Positions 9,607 through 18,857 of a DNA stretch of 64,000 nucleotides are shown here, piece after piece. How positions within the stretch are numbered: the first letter of the stretch is position 1; each line of letters starts with the position of its first letter. The stretch is from a virus: the IMG/VR virus record IMGVR_UViG_3300033746_000013; one strand, written 5' to 3'. Under the pieces are notes generated by a model. The model was not told the DNA's origin, searched no databases, and was given only the letters and a program-made list of their open reading frames with translations. The translations under genes were made by a program, and so were the position numbers.

Positions 9607-11037
9607 TTAATTTTTAGATAACACAATAGCATTCTTTATTGGTCTTGTTAATGCAACATATTTAATTTGATTTCTTTCTTTCACATTCCAATTCTTATCA
9701 ATATCGTCTTCCATTATAAAAACCTTATTATAAGTACTCCCCTGCCCTTTGTGGGCTGTGATCGCATACGCATAGTCCATATCTTTAACTATTATATCAT
9801 AACTACTTCTTGATGCACCATTTTCATATTTATATATAGATTTCATTAATATGTTTTCACGTCTAAAAGTATAATATAAATTCCACAATCTTTTATTTGC
9901 TTTTGCTTGATCTCTTAACTTATCGTGTTCATAAGCATATTTGTTAAGATTCTCATCATCATATGGGTCAATAATAAAAACTGTTTGATAATTAAAAGTT
10001 GAATCAGTAAGATTTTCTCTTAATTTAACTTTATATCCGTTTATCCCATATTTATTTTCTATTAACTCACTTTTTTCAATGACTTTATAATCTGCAGAAT
10101 TTTCAATAATATTAATATGAGCACTCTTACCAGTAATACTTCTATAACCCATTAAAACATCACCAATTTCAACAATATCAGCATTTTTACCAAACAATTC
10201 ATGTCTAATAATTTGATTAGATTTCATAATGATTTGGTTTGTCCATCCAATAACTTTACAATGATCAGTATTAATATTAAACTCTTTGGTTTTAAATTCT
10301 TCTAATAAAGCATTTCTAAATTCTCTTTTACTTTTGGTATATATGATACCTTCTCCCTCATCATTTAAATTTGTTGTTCTTTCATACCCTCCAGTTGGAT
10401 TTTCCAAATTATTTCTTAATTTATCATATATAAACATTATTGGATTTGAATCTGCTTGTCTTTCAACTTTTGTTAACTGATGAAAGTTTTCCTTCTCCAA
10501 ATTAAATACTACACTATCTTTCTCATTTACGGGGGGTATTTGAGCCGGATCTCCCATAAATAATATCTTTGTATACATTCCTTTTGTTTGCTTCTTAATT
10601 AGCTCGTATAGGTCTTTATTTATCATTGATGCTTCATCAATAATAACTAAAGAATAATCACAAATTTTAGGTAATGCAATTGGATTAAACTTAGGATCAT
10701 TAGGGTTAAAATCATCAAGATTAACATCTGGTCTTAACCCTAATAATCCATGTAATGTTAACCCATATTGACCAGTCGTTCTAATGATCATTTTTTTAGC
10801 TTTATGGGTTGGTGCTGATACAACTATTTGACCTTCAAACTCATCAAGTATTTTCTTTATACAAGTTGTTTTTCCTGTACCACTATAGCCAGCCAATGTG
10901 AAAGTATTATTCAATCCATTGGCTTGTTCCAACCATTTACGGATTTTATTTATACCCTCATATTGTTCATCATTAAAAGTAATAATATTACCGTTAGGTA
11001 ATCTCAACTGATTATCTTCTATTTTTATTGTAACCAT
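9607..11037 (-). CDS. dda: Dda/RecD-like SF1B DNA helicase
   Basis: Walker A GYSGTGKT, APTHKA, IIDEASM, GDPAQIPPV, YAITAHKGQGSTY, YVALTR. Confidence 0.9.
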   Translation of the reverse strand: MVTIKIEDNQLRLPNGNIITFNDEQYEGINKIRKWLEQANGLNNTFTLAGYSGTGKTTCIKKILDEFEGQIVVSAPTHKAKKMIIRTTGQYGLTLHGLLGLRPDVNLDDFNPNDPKFNPIALPKICDYSLVIIDEASMINKDLYELIKKQTKGMYTKILFMGDPAQIPPVNEKDSVVFNLEKENFHQLTKVERQADSNPIMFIYDKLRNNLENPTGGYERTTNLNDEGEGIIYTKSKREFRNALLEEFKTKEFNINTDHCKVIGWTNQIIMKSNQIIRHELFGKNADIVEIGDVLMGYRSITGKSAHINIIENSADYKVIEKSELIENKYGINGYKVKLRENLTDSTFNYQTVFIIDPYDDENLNKYAYEHDKLRDQAKANKRLWNLYYTFRRENILMKSIYKYENGASRSSYDIIVKDMDYAYAITAHKGQGSTYNKVFIMEDDIDKNWNVKERNQIKYVALTRPIKNAIVLSKN

Positions 11038-11053
11038 TAAAAGTTATTTTTTA

Positions 11054-11084
11054 CAAATCTACAAAAATTATTAAATAAATCAAA
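11054..11084 (-). promoter_or_regulatory. Bacteroidota sigma-A-type promoter
   Basis: TTTG-N19-TAGATTTG upstream of the helicase. Confidence 0.7.
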
Positions 11085-11095
11085 TACTTTATAAA

Positions 11096-12160
11096 TTAAA
11101 ACATCCTAATATTTGTAATTAGTTGATTAATTTGATTAATATCTAACTTATCTGGTAAATCTGATTTATCAAACACTTCATCCATTTCAGCTTTTTTATC
11201 TTCAACTATTTTAATAATATCATCATATGGTAATTTTCCATATTTAATTGAAAATAAAAAGTTTTTATCATCTGGTTCTATTTTTAATGTTCCATATTTA
11301 CCAATATGGATTGCTGAATCTAATAACCTAACACAATGCATAAGATTTTTAGTGTCGTATGATGCACCAGCATTAATATTTGTTAAATATCTATGTTTAT
11401 TTCTTTTTTCAACCCAATCCCAATATTCTTTATATTTTTTACAATAAGTGGAATATCCTTCAAGATTGAAATATAGTGTTGCTACTGGTACATAACCTTT
11501 TGGTATAGATGATAATTTTACATCATTAGATGTTTCATTATCATTGGTAACACCTTTAAAGATACCATTATCATCAAAATATAGATTATACACATTCTTC
11601 ATGTGGTTTATATTTTGAAGACCATAAAAAGATTGATCTCTTTTATTTGGTGTTTCTTGTTTCTTTAACCAACTTCTCAGATTCATGCTTCCATTGTAAC
11701 AAGTAACATAGCAAAAATCAATTGGTGTTTTTCTTTCCTTATCAACAGGATTAACAATTTTTTTATTTAATCCCTTTGCTTTTTTTATTTGTGAGATTGA
11801 ATAACCACCAAAAGTATCTTTACATCTTTTAGTTAAAAAAGTATCACGATATTTAATAAATTCTTCAAATAAAGGTGATTGATGTTGAATTTTATCTTTT
11901 GGTATATAAAGTAATTCTAAGATATTAGGATTATTATTGAACAATAATTCAGCATATCTATTTAATTCATAATAAACAGTATCATTAGTATCATCAGATA
12001 CTTGGTCAATATAGTTATTTAATAATAATAAATCTTTATTATCTGATAAAAATATACCTCTAATATCTATATCACTTTTAGGTGTATTTAGTCCATATGC
12101 ATGACTACCAACGATACCACTATAAATTATTTTATCTTCAATGTCTTTTATTTTTTTCAT
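11096..12160 (-). CDS. Pol-beta-superfamily nucleotidyltransferase (YcgL / T4 NrdC.11-like)
   Basis: GSHAYGLNTPKSDIDIRGIF, NNPNILELL, YDTKNLMHCVRLL. Confidence 0.85.
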   Translation of the reverse strand: MKKIKDIEDKIIYSGIVGSHAYGLNTPKSDIDIRGIFLSDNKDLLLLNNYIDQVSDDTNDTVYYELNRYAELLFNNNPNILELLYIPKDKIQHQSPLFEEFIKYRDTFLTKRCKDTFGGYSISQIKKAKGLNKKIVNPVDKERKTPIDFCYVTCYNGSMNLRSWLKKQETPNKRDQSFYGLQNINHMKNVYNLYFDDNGIFKGVTNDNETSNDVKLSSIPKGYVPVATLYFNLEGYSTYCKKYKEYWDWVEKRNKHRYLTNINAGASYDTKNLMHCVRLLDSAIHIGKYGTLKIEPDDKNFLFSIKYGKLPYDDIIKIVEDKKAEMDEVFDKSDLPDKLDINQINQLITNIRMF

Positions 12161-12183
12161 TGTTTAATACGTTTTATAATTAT

Positions 12184-12534
12184 TTATTCATTATTATTTA
12201 CTAATAATGCATATAAATCTGAGGAAGTTTTCAATCTAATGTTATCACCATAAGATGTTACTTTACCTTCTTCATATTTTTTACCAAAATCCAACTCATA
12301 AATAAAATATTCAATCCAAGAATATTCATTTCCCTCATCATTAACATCGTTAGTTAAACGTTTTAATAAATCAATAAACCCACTAAGAATATGTGAGTTA
12401 TCATACAAAGTAACATGATCATTTGGGAGTATGATTGAAAATGCATCTGAACAATTTTTATCGTGTTCAAATTGTTGTTCAATAGAATCAATTGCTTCTA
12501 TGAATGCTTTTTTATTTATTTTTATTTCTCCCAT
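12184..12534 (-). CDS. hypothetical phage protein
   Basis: WIEYFIYELDFG motif; in operon. Confidence 0.6.
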   Translation of the reverse strand: MGEIKINKKAFIEAIDSIEQQFEHDKNCSDAFSIILPNDHVTLYDNSHILSGFIDLLKRLTNDVNDEGNEYSWIEYFIYELDFGKKYEEGKVTSYGDNIRLKTSSDLYALLVNNNE

Positions 12535-12537
12535 AAA

Positions 12538-12714
12538 TTATTTTTTATATTTCCAAGATAAAACCTTTTCGGCTGCTTCTTTTGATTTAAATCCCCAACC
12601 ATTTGCATCATCAACAATAAATTCTGTTTCTTTATCACAAATTGCGAATCTTAAATCATAATTCCTTCTTATTGGAATTACTTTATATTTATCTTCATTA
12701 ATATCTTCACTCAT
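12538..12714 (-). CDS. small hypothetical protein, 58 aa (MSEDINEDKYKVIPIRR...)
   Basis: Read manually; fills the gap between co-oriented genes and its start overlaps the upstream stop. Confidence 0.6.
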   Translation of the reverse strand: MSEDINEDKYKVIPIRRNYDLRFAICDKETEFIVDDANGWGFKSKEAAEKVLSWKYKK

Positions 12715-13372
12715 AAATCAATATATTTTTACCTTTTTTAAACAATGGTTTATAGTTATTATTTTTATCTAATTCAATGAGGATATCATTATTATAAACC
12801 ACATATTTTTTATTCTTAGTATTCAAATCAAAATGTGTTTGTTCAATCATTAAATATTCTTTTGTTTTAAATTTAAAATTATATTTAATATCCCAATAAC
12901 CGTTATTATACTTTAAAAGAACCATTGAATTATATGTGTTATCTTTATAACCATTGATTAGAAATCTCTTTTTATATGTAATTAAAACATAACCATCACC
13001 CAATACTTCAATATTAGCACTACCACCAGTATATTGTCCTTCATCAATCTCAATCATTTTAAATCCATCTGGTATGGAATGATAGGCCCATCTTGTTTTT
13101 TCAACAAAATCGAAAGGATCACTAGCAGGTATAAATTCAGATTTTTCATAATCCAATTTATATACCATTAGATCATACCTGATTTTACCATTAACACCAT
13201 ATTGATTTTCACTATCATAACTTAATATGAAAACGTTATCAACAGTGTTTCCATAACGCCACATCAATGATTTATGAATAATATTTTTAGCATTATTGTC
13301 AATGGTCTTTGGAATTTCATATGATGAGATCAAAAAACTAATTAGAATAAATAAAATTGTTATCCTTTTCAT
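12707..13372 (-). CDS. exported protein with N-terminal signal peptide
   Basis: MKRITILFILISFLISS; promoter TAACTTTG at 13387-13394. Confidence 0.6.
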   Translation of the reverse strand: MKRITILFILISFLISSYEIPKTIDNNAKNIIHKSLMWRYGNTVDNVFILSYDSENQYGVNGKIRYDLMVYKLDYEKSEFIPASDPFDFVEKTRWAYHSIPDGFKMIEIDEGQYTGGSANIEVLGDGYVLITYKKRFLINGYKDNTYNSMVLLKYNNGYWDIKYNFKFKTKEYLMIEQTHFDLNTKNKKYVVYNNDILIELDKNNNYKPLFKKGKNILIYE

Positions 13373-13411
13373 GTTTTGTTTTTTTACAAAGTTAATAAAA
13401 TATTATTAATA

Positions 13412-14086
13412 TCAAACAAAATGAGGAACAAAATCACCTTGAGTACAACCAACAGCAGGTATTAAATTATCACCACTAACATCACATCCTTTAATTTTTG
13501 TAATATTGTTATACCAATTCTTTTTAAATTCACCATGTATTTTACTCATTTCCACTAAGACGTGATATCCACCTCTTGTTTCCAGTATATTATATGAATC
13601 ATCATTAATAATATTTTTCAGTTCATCAATTAAATAATTATAAGTCACATAATCAAAATCAAAATCCATAAACCTTTTCCTAGATGAAGCTTTTTGAATG
13701 TTAGATAGAACTAATTGATGTGGATTATAACCATTGTAAGGTTCCGTTACTTTATCAACTAATTCTTTTAAGCTTTTTTTAGCTGCTTTTTCAAAACTTC
13801 TAGGGTTTGGGTTAATATATAATGCTAATGTTTTTTCAGGAACAACAACACCATTATTTTTATAACAACCTTGTTTAACCTCTAGTTGTTTAATTTTATC
13901 AATTAGATGTTCTTTCTTAGAAGTAAACCTTTTTAATTGTTGTTTGTCACCTTTAATAGATCCATCATCACAATATTTAGATCTAGCAAATAGACAACAA
14001 TAATAAGTTTCATCATTTTCTAATTCAGGTAACCAATCTATAAAAGATTTTAATTTATCTTCATCTCTAATAATCTTGTAATTCAT
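13412..14086 (-). CDS. possible AEP/primase-polymerase-superfamily protein
   Basis: hhDhDhD (FMDFDFD) followed by ETRGGYHVLV, resembling AEP motifs I and II. Confidence 0.4.
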   Translation of the reverse strand: MNYKIIRDEDKLKSFIDWLPELENDETYYCCLFARSKYCDDGSIKGDKQQLKRFTSKKEHLIDKIKQLEVKQGCYKNNGVVVPEKTLALYINPNPRSFEKAAKKSLKELVDKVTEPYNGYNPHQLVLSNIQKASSRKRFMDFDFDYVTYNYLIDELKNIINDDSYNILETRGGYHVLVEMSKIHGEFKKNWYNNITKIKGCDVSGDNLIPAVGCTQGDFVPHFV

Positions 14087-14092
14087 AATATC

Positions 14093-14308
14093 TTATTTTA
14101 AATTTAGTTTTATATCTCTTAATATTTCTTTCCTACCTTTAAGGTCGATACTTGAAATATCATCTCCAACTATGGCGTTAATTCTTCCTAAAGCATATGC
14201 TCTGTTTGAATATTCATCTTCAAAATCATCTCTTTCAACACTCCCATTCAATTCATCATCGAATCCTTCCAAATAAATTTCAATTAATACATCGTCTTTT
14301 GTTTTCAT
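14093..14308 (-). CDS. hypothetical protein
   Basis: ORF behind promoter TTTG-N19-TATATTTG (14325-14355). Confidence 0.6.
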   Translation of the reverse strand: MKTKDDVLIEIYLEGFDDELNGSVERDDFEDEYSNRAYALGRINAIVGDDISSIDLKGRKEILRDIKLNLK

Positions 14309-14406
14309 ATTCCTTTATTTTTTACAAATATAAACAAATTTATCAAATTACCAAAAACTATTGTGTTAATAAAATTTAATTTTTATTTTTACAGAAATAT
14401 TTTTAT

Positions 14407-15060
14407 ATGAAAACATTATATATAGAACCAAGACAAATTGGTAAGAGTTTAAAATTAAAAAGTTTATATGATATATATTCTAAAAAAGGTGGTTGTTTAA
14501 TGTTGTTCCCAACTTTGAAGATGGCTAATTGTATATTTGAATTTGCTTCTACACCAAGAGAAGATATTATAACAAAGGAATATGATTTTCATGGGCGAAA
14601 AGAAAAAACATTATTAATTGATGAATATTTCTTTTTATCAAAAAAACAAAAAGAATATATAATTCAGAACATGTTTTTATTTGATAACGTAATTGCTTTT
14701 ACAAGTCCTGATAAATTTTACCCTAAAGATCTCGTAGCTATATTAAGAGAAAGTAAACATTTCACAACTGATTATATTTTGAATGATTATTTTTCATCAT
14801 ATCCGAACCTATATGAATATAAGAATCAAATAATTCAATATATAATAGATATAGATGTTAATATTATTACTAACCCTGATTTTGAAATAGTTAATACCAT
14901 TATATCAAAACAACCAAATAAAACACTTAGTAATAAATATCAAAATCTTGACTTAAAAGCATTGGGTCAATATTTAGAAAATGATGAAATATTTTGGGCA
15001 AAGTATTTCAAAAAAAATAAGTCAAATAAATTTAAAATAAATAAAATGTTATGGTTATAA
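14407..15060 (+). CDS. stand-alone terminase-ATPase-like P-loop protein
   Basis: N-terminal PRQIGKS (Walker A) and LLIDE (Walker B). Confidence 0.5.
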   Translation: MKTLYIEPRQIGKSLKLKSLYDIYSKKGGCLMLFPTLKMANCIFEFASTPREDIITKEYDFHGRKEKTLLIDEYFFLSKKQKEYIIQNMFLFDNVIAFTSPDKFYPKDLVAILRESKHFTTDYILNDYFSSYPNLYEYKNQIIQYIIDIDVNIITNPDFEIVNTIISKQPNKTLSNKYQNLDLKALGQYLENDEIFWAKYFKKNKSNKFKINKMLWL

Positions 15061-15332
15061 AAAAAATAGATACAATAAAAAAAGAAATCACCATAGATGA
15101 AACAACAAATATTGGTGATCTAGTTTATGAATTAAAAAATTTGTTTAAAAATGATTGGAGGGAATGGAGTATTAATGTGGAAACCGTTGTTAATTATTAT
15201 CCCACATGCTATCCGAATCCACCTTATGATCCATTTTTGGACAACCAGCCATATTATCATGGTGATTTTTTCTATACTACTTCTAATAATATGGGTGATT
15301 ATGATTTTGTAAAGAAAAAAGGTAAAGATTAA
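15051..15332 (+). CDS. hypothetical protein
   Basis: overlaps the upstream stop; ends in a terminator. Confidence 0.55.
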   Translation: MVIKKIDTIKKEITIDETTNIGDLVYELKNLFKNDWREWSINVETVVNYYPTCYPNPPYDPFLDNQPYYHGDFFYTTSNNMGDYDFVKKKGKD

Positions 15333-15349
15333 CTCTTTACCTTTTTTTT
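15315..15349. terminator. bidirectional intrinsic terminator
   Basis: AAAAAAGGTAAAGA-ttaac-TCTTTACCTTTTTT. Confidence 0.7.
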
Positions 15350-15350
15350 G

Positions 15351-16091
15351 TTATTTAATATCATTTAAAACCTTTTTAGATCTTTGTTCACAAATTCTTT
15401 TAGAATTTATCTGCAAAGAATCAAAAGTTTCTAATTGTAATGCTTCTGGAATATTATGTATATATTTATTTCTATAATCTTTCCTTTTTTGGAATGTTTG
15501 TGGTGTGTGTTCTTGTGCAGGATTATCTTTATTTGTAAATGCAAATCCTTGAGCACCCAATCTTGACATAAATGTTGCATTAACTTTATCTTTAAAAGTT
15601 CCAACACTAGACTTGTCTTTATAACCGGGAAAATCGCTTAAATTTGTTCCAACCAAATAAGCTTCATCATCGTCTTTATATTTCATCATAAAACTATCTT
15701 GATTATAATATTCACTCAATTTAAACAAATTTTCATAAAAATCTGGATCGTTGTTTAAATTAACAACAATAAAAGATTCTTCCGGCTCTTCTTTATTTGG
15801 ATTATTTTTAAGATCTTCAATGTAAGATCCTTGTACTCTTGTAACACCATAACCCAACTTTAATAAAGCTGATTTTAATTCCCGATTTCTTCTAATATTT
15901 TCTTGTCTGGAATATGATTCACCAACTTCTTTATCCATCAAAGTATTTTCTGTGGGATATTTCATTTCATTTCTACTTGCAGAAATAGCAGCAATATCAT
16001 TAGAATCAATCCAATGTTCAATTCTTTTCAAAGAACTTTCATTTATTAAAGTTCTTTGAAACTCTTCTTTAATTATTTTCTTTATATTCAT
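15351..16091 (-). CDS. conserved large-phage protein with IIKEE/LINE N-terminus (putative virion-packaged)
   Basis: MNIKKIIKEEF..LINESSL, ISASR, G.Y.E, EESF, YNQDS; late motif at 16117-16126. Confidence 0.6.
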   Translation of the reverse strand: MNIKKIIKEEFQRTLINESSLKRIEHWIDSNDIAAISASRNEMKYPTENTLMDKEVGESYSRQENIRRNRELKSALLKLGYGVTRVQGSYIEDLKNNPNKEEPEESFIVVNLNNDPDFYENLFKLSEYYNQDSFMMKYKDDDEAYLVGTNLSDFPGYKDKSSVGTFKDKVNATFMSRLGAQGFAFTNKDNPAQEHTPQTFQKRKDYRNKYIHNIPEALQLETFDSLQINSKRICEQRSKKVLNDIK

Positions 16092-16189
16092 ATATATTTC
16101 TTTTATAAAACTTAAATATAAATAGTATTAATACAAAGATACAATATTATTAATCACATTCAAAATTTTAAACATTAAAAAATATTAAA

Positions 16190-16609
16190 TTACAATAATT
16201 TATCAGCAATAGTATGTGACATTGCACCAATTTCTAAACCTATTAGAAGTAATATAAATTCAGTATTATAATTATTGATAATATTGATAATATCAGGAGT
16301 AAAAAATAACATTGGAATTATTGAAATATATAATACTCTTATTAATGTACCAAGAATGAAACCGTGTGTCCAAATACTTCTATGTGTAAATATTAATTGA
16401 TATGGAATCCAAATCATTTTAAAAACCCACCATCTATTGTATGGGCTACTATTTGTATCTAAATCACCATTAAACATTAATGCTGAGAATATAAAACTCA
16501 ATATTAATACGTATGAGTTTAAATTCACACCATTAAAAATTAAAACCAATGGTATGAATAATATACTCAATATGTATGTTATTAGATCATGTGTTCTTCC
16601 ATTTGGCAT
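16190..16609 (-). CDS. DUF2227-family membrane metal-binding protein
   Basis: MPNGRTHD, DLD, HRSIWTHG, GAMSHTIAD with hydrophobic segments. Confidence 0.75.
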   Translation of the reverse strand: MPNGRTHDLITYILSILFIPLVLIFNGVNLNSYVLILSFIFSALMFNGDLDTNSSPYNRWWVFKMIWIPYQLIFTHRSIWTHGFILGTLIRVLYISIIPMLFFTPDIINIINNYNTEFILLLIGLEIGAMSHTIADKLL

Positions 16610-17243
16610 TATTGATTATTCTTTAAGTTTTTTAAATTCTTAAATATTTCCGAAAATTCATCACCAAGTAAAGAAACAATGAAAATTTTATCATTATTTA
16701 ATGCAGTTATAATTCTTTCCAACCAAAAAGGTGTATTATAACTATCTGGATCAATTTTTTCAATAATATTCAACTGTTCTTCTGGAGATAAATTTTTAAA
16801 TTCTTCAAATGTAACCATAGTTTATAAATTTAGTTTATATTTTTCAATTATTTCTTTTTTATTTAAAATTTCTACTTTACCATCATTAATTCCCCAACCA
16901 TCTTCATGAATAACAAAATAATTATTGGAATCAACTTCACCTGTTTTTATTATATGGATAATTATTGGTTCATCATCCAATTGATATGTACCCTTATAGG
17001 CATTAGAGTTTATTTTTATCCAATCTGTATTCATTATATAAATTGTTTTTCATTATACTTTACAAGTAATAAGACAACTTTAACTTGTTTTTGGTTGTTT
17101 AATAAATATTCGACTTCATTATATGTGTGAATTATATAACCATCTTCAATAACCTTTATTAAATCTGAATTAATATTAGCCTTGAAATCATTATAACTTT
17201 TATAAAAAATTTCACTTCTTAAATATTTTATTGGTTTTTCCAT
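16609..17243 (-). CDS. three small hypothetical proteins (16609..16818, 16822..17034, 17034..17243)
   Basis: translationally coupled ORFs. Confidence 0.55.
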
Positions 17244-17358
17244 ATTATGAATAAATTATTTTTCCAATATTTTTTCATTTACAAAAAATATATTCGTTAA
17301 GCAATATATATCTATCAATGGGTGAATATTCATATCTTTTATATTACCAATAAATAAT

Positions 17359-18102
17359 TTAAAAAGTAAAAATATTATTTATTATTTTATTTAATTTGAC
17401 AACATTTTTAGTATCAACAATTTTATCATCAACCATATAAAGTTTTTTATTTATTTCTATCATAATTGTCTCGAATTTACCTTCAACATCTAATGGATAA
17501 AAAGATCCAGAATATGGTTTATTTATTTCAACATTTAAACCATGTCTTTCAAAACCTAATTTAATAAAATCAATTAAATATTGTGGTGTATATTTTTCAT
17601 CAACACCCAAACATATATCAGGTCTATTTACATCTTTTTCAAAATATAATTTATGTTGATTGAAAGAATGACAATCTATTATTCTGGCAATACCATTATC
17701 ATTTATTTTATTCTGTATTAATTTGCTCAAATTATTATGATATTTTAAATAATAATTCTTAATTATTGTTTGTTCAAATTTTTCATCATACTTTCTAAAA
17801 GATTTACCATCATATGTTTTAGTATAATATACACCTCTACCATATTTAGTCATTTCTTCTTGTTCTGCATCTAAAAAGCGTTCCACATCACAAAAACTTC
17901 GACTAAAATCACAAATATATCTATCGATTCCATCAACATTGAATATTTTATCTACATCAATATCTGTAGAATATAATAATTCAATATCTATTAATTCTTT
18001 ATTTATATAATTTTCATCAGGAATCATATAAGATGAGTGAGGTATATGAAAAATAAAACTATTTTTTATTTCCTCACTAAACAAACTAACATTATTAAGC
18101 AT
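17359..18102 (-). CDS. N-formylglutamate amidohydrolase family protein
   Basis: HIPHSS, SR..CDVERF, YH, IDCHSF, RPDICLG, N.PYSG, MIEINK.LY. Confidence 0.85.
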   Translation of the reverse strand: MLNNVSLFSEEIKNSFIFHIPHSSYMIPDENYINKELIDIELLYSTDIDVDKIFNVDGIDRYICDFSRSFCDVERFLDAEQEEMTKYGRGVYYTKTYDGKSFRKYDEKFEQTIIKNYYLKYHNNLSKLIQNKINDNGIARIIDCHSFNQHKLYFEKDVNRPDICLGVDEKYTPQYLIDFIKLGFERHGLNVEINKPYSGSFYPLDVEGKFETIMIEINKKLYMVDDKIVDTKNVVKLNKIINNIFTF

Positions 18103-18109
18103 ATTTTTA

Positions 18110-18718
18110 TTATTTACAAGATTTATGAATTCTATAAACTACATCACTTCTACCATATTTTTTTTCAAATTTACCGTCTTTATCATATTGTGGATCAAAA
18201 TCATCTCTTTTATATTCAATAAAACCATTTCTTTCATAGAAATTTGATAAAAATCCATCGTAATGATCTAAATAACAACCGCCATTTTCAATCGCTGATT
18301 GAATTAATTCATCACCAACACCTTTAATATCTTTTTCGTTGTTATGAACAGCAACAATTTCATTATAATCATTACTTTTATCATCCCTTTTCTTTAAAGC
18401 ATAACCAATATTATATCCGGGCACTTTAAATAATTTCATTCGTGACAATTCGTTTACATTATAAAATGTTAACATTTCTTCATGTTTACTATCTTTCATT
18501 GAATTAAAGAAATCTTCTGGATCAGATTCAAAATTGTTGTTTTTTATATCTGATAATACTTTTTCTCTTTCTTCGGTATTATCGGATTCATTCAAATCTG
18601 AATCATCTCCAACTAAATTCAGTTGATTTATATGCTCATACATCCTTCTTTTAGCTTCATATAATTTAGATGTTTTTGTGTTGTTTAACCTATCAAAACT
18701 TTCAAATAATTTATTCAT
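18110..18718 (-). CDS. GNAT-like acetyltransferase, putatively virion-packaged
   Basis: KGVGDELIQSAIENGG...LD.YD..L..FYERNGF; LFE/LYE/LNE N-terminus; late motif at 18735-18744. Confidence 0.55.
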   Translation of the reverse strand: MNKLFESFDRLNNTKTSKLYEAKRRMYEHINQLNLVGDDSDLNESDNTEEREKVLSDIKNNNFESDPEDFFNSMKDSKHEEMLTFYNVNELSRMKLFKVPGYNIGYALKKRDDKSNDYNEIVAVHNNEKDIKGVGDELIQSAIENGGCYLDHYDGFLSNFYERNGFIEYKRDDFDPQYDKDGKFEKKYGRSDVVYRIHKSCK

Positions 18719-18857
18719 AGTTACTTATTTTTTATATAAATAGTTATTAAATTAATACTATTTAATATTTTTTAAAACACAATTAATTTCTTTTCAACAA
18801 ATATATATCTTATTTTTTATATTTCCAAACTATTTATATAAAAATATTTAAAATATT

